A stretch of 64,000 nucleotides of DNA from Myxococcota bacterium (lineage in GTDB: Bacteria; Myxococcota_A; SURF-8), in contig OZ223209.1 in assembly GCA_965140415.1 (NCBI GenBank), forward strand, positions 1,792,001 to 1,856,000. The letters are read 5' to 3'. Positions 41,494-49,807 of this stretch are shown piece after piece. A program made the translations under genes and the position numbers. Below the pieces are notes generated by a model that was given only the letters and a program-made list of their open reading frames with translations, was not told the origin of the DNA and did not search any database. Within the stretch, counting starts at the first letter, position 1. Every line of letters starts with the position of its first letter.

Positions 41494-42432
41494 TTAGCTC
41501 ATAAGCATGGCCATCAGGGCTTTTTGAGCGTGCAAACGGTTTTCCGCTTGCTGGAAAATCGCCGAGCGTGGATCGCGCGAAGCGTCGTACGTGATTTCTT
41601 CGTCGTAATGAGCGGGCAAACAATGCAACACGATGGCATCCGGATTGGCGGCGTTTAGCAAATCCATGTTGATCTGATAACCGACGAATTTCTTTTGCCG
41701 CTCGATTTTTTCCGCTTCCTGGCCCATCGAGGCCCAAACGTCGGTGTAAAGCACGTCGGCGTTTTTAACCGCTTCTTTTGGATCGGCGGTTAAAATAACT
41801 TCCGCCCCGGTTTTCTTTCCAATGGCGGCGGCTTCTTCCACGATCTGCATTTGCGGGCGATAATCTTCCGGCGTGGCCAGGGCGACACTCATGCCTAACT
41901 TGGTGCAACCGTATAATAAAGAATGCGTCATGTTGTTGCCGTCGCCGATGTAGGCAAGCTTCAAACCCTTCAGCGTTCCCTTGCGTTCAACAATCGTTTG
42001 CAAGTCGGCCAGCACCTGGCAGGGATGGTTGAAATCGGTCAGGCCGTTGATTACCGGCACCTTGCTGTATTTCGCCAGATCCAGCACGATCTGATGTTCG
42101 AAGGTTCGCGCCATGATTCCATTTGCATACGAAGCCAGTACGGTGGCGATGTCTTCCGTGCTTTCGCGTTTGCCGATGCTGATTTGATCCGGGCCAAGAT
42201 ACACGGCGTAGCCGCCCAATTGATGCATGCCGATTTGGAAGGAAACCATGGTTCGTAAAGACGGTTTCTGGAAAATCATGGCCAGCGTTTTACCCGCCAG
42301 ATACGGATGCGGACGGCCTGCGTTGACATCGGCCTTCAAGCGGATGGCGAGTTTGAAAATGGCATTCATCTCTTCAACGCTCAAATCGAGCAGAGAAATC
42401 AAATGTTTGGTAGACAGGGAAAACTCGGTCAT
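41494..42432 (-). CDS. argF: Ornithine carbamoyltransferase (ArgF/ArcB)
   Basis: KPSLRT, HPCQVLAD, GDGNN, DVWASMG, HCLP, QAENRLH; RBS AAGGAG before ATG 42432. Confidence 0.95.
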   Translation of the reverse strand: MTEFSLSTKHLISLLDLSVEEMNAIFKLAIRLKADVNAGRPHPYLAGKTLAMIFQKPSLRTMVSFQIGMHQLGGYAVYLGPDQISIGKRESTEDIATVLASYANGIMARTFEHQIVLDLAKYSKVPVINGLTDFNHPCQVLADLQTIVERKGTLKGLKLAYIGDGNNMTHSLLYGCTKLGMSVALATPEDYRPQMQIVEEAAAIGKKTGAEVILTADPKEAVKNADVLYTDVWASMGQEAEKIERQKKFVGYQINMDLLNAANPDAIVLHCLPAHYDEEITYDASRDPRSAIFQQAENRLHAQKALMAMLMS

Positions 42433-42578
42433 GTTTCTCTCCTTTAAAAAGACATCGGAATGCTTGCCCGATATCGGCTGGTGGCTGCGAATGAATACAA
42501 CAAGCGCAGCCCTGCGCGAAAATTCGAAACCCCGTATATTCAAAGAAAGGTTGGGTTTCTTCGCGGTTGCTCGTAAAC

Positions 42579-43550
42579 CTATTGGAACGTGATGGTCGTC
42601 CCGGCCTTGCCCTGCATCGCCTGGCGCAGGTTTTCATGGTCGGTGATGATCACTTTCTTCGTTTGCTTGCGGCGCACGCCTTCCAGATAATCGATGGCGG
42701 CCTGGATCTTCGGTCCCATCGAACCTTCGGGGAATTGGCCCTGCTTCAAATATTCCTTGGCTTCGTGAACGGTCATGTGATCCAGCCATTTGGGATCGCC
42801 GCTCTTGAAATCGAGGGCGACCCGATCCACGGCGGTCAGCATGATCAGTACGTCCGAATCCAACGACAGCGCCATCAAACCCGAAACCAGATCTTTGTCG
42901 ATCACGGCGTCTACGCCTTCATATGAGCCATCGCGCTCGATAATGACCGGAATGCCGCCGCCACCGCCCGCGATGACAATCGCGCCGCTGCTGATGAGGC
43001 TTTCGATGACATCGAGTTCCACGACTTCAAGCGGGTAGGGCGAGGGCACCACGCGCCGCCAGCCGCGTCCCGCGTCTTCGACCATCGACCAGCCCAGCTC
43101 GTCCATACGCTGCTTGGCGTCTTCCTCGCTGTAGAAAATCGCGCCGATCGGCTTGGCCGGTTTGATCAGCATGGGATCGTGACGATCCACCACGACCTGC
43201 GTTAAAATCGTTACCACCGGCATGTCGCGGTTTTCCATCAGCATGTGATTCTGCAAGGTCTGCTGAATCATGTAACCGACCGAACCCTGCGTAGCTGCAC
43301 CCATTACACCCAATGGCTGCGCGGGAACCTGGTCCATCGCGCTTTCCATCTGGATCAGCAGATCGCCGATCTGCGGGCCGTTGCCGTGGGTGATGACCAA
43401 CTGGTAGCCTTCCTCGATGAGATGCCAGAGCGTGCGAATCGAGGCGCGTGTGTTGGCGAACTGCTGGGTGATGGTTCCCTGTTCTCCTTTTTTGGTCAAG
43501 GAGTTGCCGCCTAAAGCGACAACCGCGACCTTGCGTCTTGCGTGTGGCAT
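42579..43550 (-). CDS. arcC: Carbamate kinase
   Basis: ALGGNSL, THGNGPQIG, GWRRVVPSP, GGGGIPV, VIDKD, GSMGPKI. Confidence 0.96.
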   Translation of the reverse strand: MPHARRKVAVVALGGNSLTKKGEQGTITQQFANTRASIRTLWHLIEEGYQLVITHGNGPQIGDLLIQMESAMDQVPAQPLGVMGAATQGSVGYMIQQTLQNHMLMENRDMPVVTILTQVVVDRHDPMLIKPAKPIGAIFYSEEDAKQRMDELGWSMVEDAGRGWRRVVPSPYPLEVVELDVIESLISSGAIVIAGGGGGIPVIIERDGSYEGVDAVIDKDLVSGLMALSLDSDVLIMLTAVDRVALDFKSGDPKWLDHMTVHEAKEYLKQGQFPEGSMGPKIQAAIDYLEGVRRKQTKKVIITDHENLRQAMQGKAGTTITFQ

Positions 43551-43605
43551 ACCCGTTTTCCTATGCATCATTGCAACCCATTAGTACGGGTGCGTAACGA
43601 AACAA

Positions 43606-43636
43606 CCGCCTTCCACGGTCTGGCCATGGAAGGCGG
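43606..43636 (-). terminator. Intra-operonic hairpin between arcE and arcC
   Basis: CCGCCTTCCA...TGGAAGGCGG stem, followed on the minus strand by TTGTTTCGTT (a weak terminator or mRNA stabiliser). Confidence 0.6.
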
Positions 43637-43660
43637 CTAAACCCTGTTACCAATTACAGT

Positions 43661-44968
43661 TTAGAACTTTTCAAGCAATTTGGCCAGTTCGCCGGGATTG
43701 CGTTCTTCCAGTTTGTAACCGACGCGCACCATGGGCTTGTTGACTTTGATGATGCGGGTCAAGTCGATCGGCGTTGCCGCCACGACCACGTCGCAGTCGG
43801 TCTTGTTGATGGTTTCCTGCAAATCCTTCACCTGCTGATCGCCGTAGCCCATCGCCGGAAGCAGGGTACCGATGTTCGGATAATGCTCGAAGGTTTCGGT
43901 GATCGTGCCGACGGTGTAAGGACGCGGATCGACGAATTCAGCCGCGCCGAATTTCTTGGCGGCCACAACACCAGCGCCGTATTTCATTTCGCCGTGAGTC
44001 AGGGTGGGGCCGTCTTCGACCACCAGCACGCGCTTGCCTTTGATGACGTCCGGATCGGATACGCTGACGGGGCTATTGCATTCGACCACTGCCGCATTGG
44101 GGTTCAGCTTTTTGATGCTGGCTTTAACGGTAGCGATGCCTTCTTCATCTGCGGTGTCCATTTTATTAATGACGACCACATCGGCCATGCGCAGGTTGGT
44201 TTCGCCCGGATGATAAATCAGTTCGTGACCGGCGCGATGCGGATCGACCACGACGATGGAGAGGTCCGGCTTGTAGAAGGAGAGATCGTTGTTGCCACCG
44301 TCCCAGATGACCACGTCCGCTTCTTTTTCGGCTTCTTTCAAAATTGCGCCGTAATCCACGCCCGCGAAAACGACTTCGCCGTTATCGATGTGCGGCTCGT
44401 ATTCTTCACGCTCTTCGATGGTGCAATCATGCTTGTCCAGATCCGGGTAATCGCCGAAGCGCTGCACGGCCTGCTTGGCCAGATCGCCGTAAGGCATGGG
44501 GTGACGGATGGCGGCCACGGTGCGGCCTTTTTCCTTTAATACGTCGCATACGTAACGGGTGGTCTGGCTTTTACCGCAGCCGGTGCGCACGGCGCAGATG
44601 GAAACCAGCGGCTTGTCCGATTTGATCATGGTGTCGCGTGCGCCCTGCATCAGGAAGTTCGCGCCAGCGGCCAACACTTCGGAAGCCAGGTGCATGACAT
44701 GCGTGTGCAGTACGTCGGAATAGGCGAATACCACGTAATCCACATCGTGTTCTTTAATGATTTCGGTCAGGTTTTCTTCGGCCAGAATCGGAATCCCCTG
44801 GGGATACAGTTTGCCTGCCAGTTCGGCAGGATAGGCGCGGCCATCGATGTTCGGAATCTGAGTTGCGGTAAACGCCACTACCTGATACTCGGGATTGTCG
44901 CGGAAAACGACGTTGAAGTTGTGAAAATCGCGTCCGGCTGCTCCCAAGATAACCACTTTCTTCGCCAT
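43661..44968 (-). CDS. arcE: Arginine synthetase ArcE-like P-loop enzyme (cyclic 2,3-DPG synthetase/'GTPase' family)
   Basis: GAAGRDFHNFN, AFTATQIP, AVRTGCGKSQT, RHPMPYGDL, TIEEREEYE, WDGGNND, VEDGPTLTHG, PAMGY; directly upstream of arcC and OTC. Confidence 0.85.
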   Translation of the reverse strand: MAKKVVILGAAGRDFHNFNVVFRDNPEYQVVAFTATQIPNIDGRAYPAELAGKLYPQGIPILAEENLTEIIKEHDVDYVVFAYSDVLHTHVMHLASEVLAAGANFLMQGARDTMIKSDKPLVSICAVRTGCGKSQTTRYVCDVLKEKGRTVAAIRHPMPYGDLAKQAVQRFGDYPDLDKHDCTIEEREEYEPHIDNGEVVFAGVDYGAILKEAEKEADVVIWDGGNNDLSFYKPDLSIVVVDPHRAGHELIYHPGETNLRMADVVVINKMDTADEEGIATVKASIKKLNPNAAVVECNSPVSVSDPDVIKGKRVLVVEDGPTLTHGEMKYGAGVVAAKKFGAAEFVDPRPYTVGTITETFEHYPNIGTLLPAMGYGDQQVKDLQETINKTDCDVVVAATPIDLTRIIKVNKPMVRVGYKLEERNPGELAKLLEKF

Positions 44969-45116
44969 GGAATCCTCCTCGCTTGTCTGATTCAACTGTA
45001 AAAAATTGTTCTGGATACCGTACCCACCCAGCGGATGGATGGGGAAATCGCGAAGATTTCGGACAGCCTGGCGACCGTCACGGCTGGAGGGAGGACTGGG
45101 TCAACTCCCGCTATGA

Positions 45117-45145
45117 TTTGTACCCAAAGTGGAAACGCTTGTCAA
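45117..45145 (-). promoter_or_regulatory. Sigma70-like promoter for the arcE operon
   Basis: TTGACA-17 nt-TACAAA on the minus strand, about 150 nt upstream of the ATG. Confidence 0.55.
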
Positions 45146-45271
45146 GTCCTGTAAGCTGAGATCGTACAATTTAGGAAAAGAGAAACAAAAGGTCGGTTGA
45201 CGGATTTTTTACGTCGTCATGCCATACTGCACTACAACATTGTAATCTTTGGAGCTTTTCTCAAGTCAAGT

Positions 45272-45344
45272 GTAGGATGGGTAATTGTTTTACCCATCGA
45301 TACAATTGCTTGATTAAGATGGGCATGGCAAATGCCCATCCTAC
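45272..45344. repeat. REPIN made of two inverted GTAG-family REPs
   Basis: GTAGGATGGGTAATTGTTTTACCCATC, a 19 nt spacer, then GATGGGCATGGCAAATGCCCATCCTAC. Confidence 0.88.
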
Positions 45345-45387
45345 GGAAGGGCGGCATTTGTCGGGCAAGACATTTGCCCGACCGGTT

Positions 45388-48378
45388 CTACGGTTCTTCA
45401 TCCAATTCGATTTCCATCTGCATGGGTTCCACTTCATCCATGACCTTGGAAAAATCGATGGGCAATTCTTCCTTCTTGCGCCAGATGTTGAAGCGCGCCA
45501 TGTAGCGCACCGCCTGCTGGAACTTTAACTGGCGATCCAACGCGCGCCCGGCGTAGAAATCCACTTCCGGGAAACGCTTGCGGAAGGCTTCGTCTTCGGC
45601 TAAAGGCACCAGCAAACGCTCGGCCCGTTCGAAATCGAGTTGCTTGACAGCCAGTGCGCCGGCTACCAGTTTCAAGCGGGGATCTTTATCCTTGCTCATC
45701 AGTTCATCCACCTGCCGCCGCGCTTCTGCCGGTTCACCCGCCACGATGGACATGGCCAGCATGGTATATTGCTCGTCTTCCTTTTCGGTGATCAGCCAGC
45801 CGTTGGTGACCGGCACCCATTGATGATCTTTCAGGTAGATCAGTTCGCAGACTTCCTCGACCTCTACGGCCAGCTCGTTTATGTGGATCTGCATCGAAGC
45901 TCCGGCCACCTGATAGGCGGCGTCGGTGCGGCCATGCGCCAGCAGATGCAGCGCCAGTTCGCCAAGCCGCGAGGCGCGGGTTTCTTTCGTGTCGCCCAGA
46001 TCGTCCAATAGGGGCAGCAACTCGCCATGCTCCGAATCGAAATGAAACTCCAGTGCGTTTTTCGCGTAGCGCTCGTATTGCAGCATGTCCTTGGGTCCGG
46101 CGAATTCGATGTAGCCGTTGTCATCCGTGTTATAGATCCCGCTTCCCACGAAGCGCTGTACTTCAAGATCGTTGACGGCTAACAATGACAGCAGATCGTA
46201 AGCGCCTCCTTGGTGAGCGACGGAAAGCGCGTCTTGCGTACCGGCGCGTTTGGCGCGTTCGATCAACTGGTTGACCTTCAAGCGCCAGGGTGTTTTCTTG
46301 CCAAGCAGGATCAGATCCACACCGCGCTCGGAAGCGGAGAAGACCAGAATGTTGGGAAAGACTTTGTGGAAGCCGCGCATCAGAATTTTCAGATTTTCCG
46401 GCGACAGTTCATAGAGTTGCAGCCACTGCGCGTAAATGCCGCCCTCCGCCAGCCTGCGTTCCATGCGGCGGTAGAAATCGACGGTAAACAGGCTGCCCGC
46501 CCCGGCCACCCAGGGATTGCTGGGTTCGGAGACGATGACGTCGAACTTGTTGGCGCTGTATCCCAACACCGTGCGGGCATCGCCGATGACCAGATTCATG
46601 CGCTCGTCGTCGGTGGGATGGAAGTTGACGCCTTCGAAGTAGAGCGAAGCATCCACCACGCGCGGCTCCAGTTCCACTGCCGTCAGGCTACGCAAGGGCG
46701 TTTGCAGCATTGCTCCCGCCGTGACGCCGGAGCCATAGCCGATCAGCGCCGCCTTGTGACCCTCTTCACGATCGTGCAGCAGCATCGGTAATAAACCCAC
46801 AAGCACCTGGGTGGGCATGTCGAAGCGATTGCTGGCTTCGGCCTTGCCGTTGACGCGCATCGTGCGGATGTCGGCGCGTTGCTCGACCGTTACCGTACCG
46901 ACGGGACCATCTTTATAATACAACATGCGGCTGCGCACGGGCCGATCCTGCTGAGCCATTTTCTGCGCCAGTCCCACTCGGAACATGCCCGAGGTCAAGC
47001 GTCCCAGATCCCAGCCGGGCAGCAGAAAGAGCGCTACCGCCAAAACCACTGCCACCGGGGCGTTGCGCAGGATTTTCTTTTTGCTTAAAAATCCACCTTC
47101 GGTGCTGGCGAATAAGGCCGTCCACAGGATAGCCACTCCGGCGGCGTTTAAAATGGTGGCCTGCAAACCGATCATGGGAATCAGCACGAAGGCGGCTAAA
47201 AAGCTTCCGAGTATCGAGCCCAGCGTATTGAGAAAATACGCGACGCCGACATCGTAACCCAGACGACGCACCCCGGCGGAGATCAGTCGCAGCGCCGCCG
47301 GAAAGGAGATGCCCATCGCCAGGGTGGGGAGCAGCAGTACCGCGGCGATCAAGCCGCCGTGAACGAAAAAGATCTGAGGCGTAGCCACCTGGCCGCTTTT
47401 CGCATAGGCCATCAGCAGTTCGGGGAGCCTGTCGGCGAATTGCACGCCCAATACCAGAAACAAAGCCAGGATGCCTTGTGCAATCGCCAGGGTGCGAAAG
47501 GGCTTTACCCGCCCGGCGAGAATCGAGGCATAGAGAAGGCTGCCCAGTCCGATGCCTGCCAGAAACACGGCGACCGTTAACGTAAAACTATAGATGCTGG
47601 AACCCAAAACCACTGCCAGTACGCGCGTGTAGGCCACCTGTACCAGCATGGCGCTGAAGCCGGAAAGAAACATGAATGCGCCCAGCATGGCGTAGGGTTG
47701 CAGCGGTTTGCCCAACTTCGTAAGGTCCATGCCCGTCGGTTCGGGAAGGGCCGTTTGCTTTTTATCCAGTAGCAGCGAAAACAAAAACGCCGCCGCCGCC
47801 ACCGTAAGCGATAGCGCCGCCACCGCCCAGATCGACTTCTGCTGGCCCAGATAAGGCAATAGCAGAAAGCCGCCGGTCAGAACTCCGGCGAAAGCTCCCA
47901 ACGTGTTGATGCCGTAGAGCGCGCCGATGCGCGGGCCGATCTGCTCGTAACGCTGGGTCAGACCGCGCACCAAAAGCGGCAGCGTGGCTCCCATCGCCAT
48001 GGTCGGCGGCAATAAGGCCAGGAAAATCGCGACGAAACGAATGGCGGCGTAAGCGGAAGCCGAGAGCATCGCACCGCCTAGTACGCGGTATTGCAAAACA
48101 TCCAGTTCAGCCAGAACCAGCGGACTCAGCAGCGCATACAACCCCACGAAGCCTTCCAGCGCAGCATAGAGCAGCACCGGACGCCGGACGCGGTCGACCA
48201 ACTTGGCCGCTACCAGCCCGCCCAGACCCAAACCGCCTAAAAACGCGCCGGTAACCGTGCCGCTGGCCCAACTGCTCGACCCGAACACCAGGCTCAACTC
48301 GCGGAACCAGATCGTTTCCAACACCAGGCCCGTCAGGCCGGACAAGAAAAAGAGAGGGGCTATCAAACGTATCATCAT
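45388..48378 (-). CDS. Fused multi-TM (MFS-like)/spermidine-synthase-like SAM-binding protein with C-terminal TPRs
   Basis: About 13 TM helices (FFLSG...LYGINTLGA pattern repeated); IGYGSGVT, VELEP, GDAR, FDVIVSEPSNPW, NTDDNGYIEF. Confidence 0.88.
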   Translation of the reverse strand: MMIRLIAPLFFLSGLTGLVLETIWFRELSLVFGSSSWASGTVTGAFLGGLGLGGLVAAKLVDRVRRPVLLYAALEGFVGLYALLSPLVLAELDVLQYRVLGGAMLSASAYAAIRFVAIFLALLPPTMAMGATLPLLVRGLTQRYEQIGPRIGALYGINTLGAFAGVLTGGFLLLPYLGQQKSIWAVAALSLTVAAAAFLFSLLLDKKQTALPEPTGMDLTKLGKPLQPYAMLGAFMFLSGFSAMLVQVAYTRVLAVVLGSSIYSFTLTVAVFLAGIGLGSLLYASILAGRVKPFRTLAIAQGILALFLVLGVQFADRLPELLMAYAKSGQVATPQIFFVHGGLIAAVLLLPTLAMGISFPAALRLISAGVRRLGYDVGVAYFLNTLGSILGSFLAAFVLIPMIGLQATILNAAGVAILWTALFASTEGGFLSKKKILRNAPVAVVLAVALFLLPGWDLGRLTSGMFRVGLAQKMAQQDRPVRSRMLYYKDGPVGTVTVEQRADIRTMRVNGKAEASNRFDMPTQVLVGLLPMLLHDREEGHKAALIGYGSGVTAGAMLQTPLRSLTAVELEPRVVDASLYFEGVNFHPTDDERMNLVIGDARTVLGYSANKFDVIVSEPSNPWVAGAGSLFTVDFYRRMERRLAEGGIYAQWLQLYELSPENLKILMRGFHKVFPNILVFSASERGVDLILLGKKTPWRLKVNQLIERAKRAGTQDALSVAHQGGAYDLLSLLAVNDLEVQRFVGSGIYNTDDNGYIEFAGPKDMLQYERYAKNALEFHFDSEHGELLPLLDDLGDTKETRASRLGELALHLLAHGRTDAAYQVAGASMQIHINELAVEVEEVCELIYLKDHQWVPVTNGWLITEKEDEQYTMLAMSIVAGEPAEARRQVDELMSKDKDPRLKLVAGALAVKQLDFERAERLLVPLAEDEAFRKRFPEVDFYAGRALDRQLKFQQAVRYMARFNIWRKKEELPIDFSKVMDEVEPMQMEIELDEEP

Positions 48379-48601
48379 GTCATTTCCTAGACTGATAGAC
48401 GGGGAGATTGCATGTGCGGGGTGTAAGTTACGCGCAACGTGATTCGCGCCAATTTCCGGCGCAAGGCGGATATCCTATTGAAACACCCCGCTTATTCCTT
48501 GCTCCTTCTACCAGAATCGGCTAAAAGAGGCAAACAGGGAAGCGGAAAAAAGTGTGCGTCGGCCTGGAGTTTGAAAGAATGACCGATAAGAGGAGCCAAG
48601 C

Positions 48602-49381
48602 ATGAATTTTCTACAAGAGTACGCGCGCGGATTCGGATTGCCGCTGGACGGCTTTTCGCTGATGCGAAAAGAGCCGAGACTGAGAACGTTTGTCCTGATT
48701 CCCATTCTCATCAACGCCATCTTGTTCATTGCCGGAATGACGGCGCTTTGGATCTATCGCGTGGATGTGGTGGAGTTGATCTGGAGCTATCCTGCTGAAA
48801 GTATTGTCCGAATCGTGTTGTGGTATCTGGTGGCGGTTCTGGTGATGGGAGGCGCGATGGTGCTTTCCTACTTCCTTTTCACTCCCATCGGCTGCCTGAT
48901 CGCGTCTCCCTTTAACGATGCGCTTGCCGGACGCACCGAACAGGTGTTGGACCCAGACTCCAACCAGGCGGAAGTGTCGGTTTCTTTTAAGGAAATAGCG
49001 AATACGATCAAGAAGGAACTGGGCAAGGTGCTGCTGGCGAGCGTGGTGTTTTTAATCGCGATCGTGGTCAACCTGCTGCCTGCGATCGGTCAGGTGATCT
49101 CCATTGTCGTGACCTTACTGTTGGGTGGCTGGGTGATGAGTTTGGAATACCTGGATTATCCGATGAGTCGTCATGGTTACACCTTGGCCGAGATTCGGCG
49201 CACCGTTAGGGAAAATCAGGCGCTTTGTTTGGGATTTGGTGGTGGCGTGATTGTGTTGTTGATGATTCCGCTATTGAATCTGGTCTGTATTCCTGCTTGC
49301 GTAGTTGCTGGAACGGATCTGTTTGTACGCTTGCGTAAACAGAATCGAATAACCCCCCCGGTGAATGTTGCTGCCAAGTAG
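48602..49381 (+). CDS. CysZ/EI24-family membrane protein
   Basis: IASPFNDALA, EYLDYPMSRH, IPLLNLVCIPACVVAGT. Confidence 0.85.
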   Translation: MNFLQEYARGFGLPLDGFSLMRKEPRLRTFVLIPILINAILFIAGMTALWIYRVDVVELIWSYPAESIVRIVLWYLVAVLVMGGAMVLSYFLFTPIGCLIASPFNDALAGRTEQVLDPDSNQAEVSVSFKEIANTIKKELGKVLLASVVFLIAIVVNLLPAIGQVISIVVTLLLGGWVMSLEYLDYPMSRHGYTLAEIRRTVRENQALCLGFGGGVIVLLMIPLLNLVCIPACVVAGTDLFVRLRKQNRITPPVNVAAK

Positions 49382-49397
49382 ACTGAAAGCCCGGCTA

Positions 49398-49793
49398 TTA
49401 GCTCGTCAGTTCCAGTTCTTCGAGCGTTTCTAATAGCTTTTTCTTTTCAATCGGTTTGATCAGATAGGCATCGCATTCGGATCGAAACGCCTTGCTGACG
49501 TTTTTGTAGTCGCTCAATGCGGTGGTCATGATGATCTTGGCTCCAAGACCTGCCGTGACGCCATGTTCGGTTTCCAACTCGCGAATGGCTTTCAAGGCCT
49601 GCTGTCCATCCATGCGCGGCATCATGATGTCCATGCAGATCAGCTCGTAAGGATTGCCTTGCTGCAAAGCCAGCTTTACCGCCTGGACGGCCTCTTCCCC
49701 ATCAACGGCGACATCGCAGGTGCCGAAACGGGACAGGTTGCCAATAAGAATCATTCGCGAAACCAAGTCATCTTCCGTGATCAAAATTCGCAT
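49398..49793 (-). CDS. Single-domain response regulator (CheY-like)
   Basis: ITEDD, MDIMMPRMDG, MTTA, YLIKP. Confidence 0.92.
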   Translation of the reverse strand: MRILITEDDLVSRMILIGNLSRFGTCDVAVDGEEAVQAVKLALQQGNPYELICMDIMMPRMDGQQALKAIRELETEHGVTAGLGAKIIMTTALSDYKNVSKAFRSECDAYLIKPIEKKKLLETLEELELTS

Positions 49794-49807
49794 GTACACC
49801 ACTCCTT

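Noticed and set aside
43661-44968. Calling it cyclic 2,3-diphosphoglycerate synthase
   Set aside because: No 2-phosphoglycerate kinase is adjacent; the GAAGRDFHNFN N-terminus and arcC/OTC context fit ArcE.
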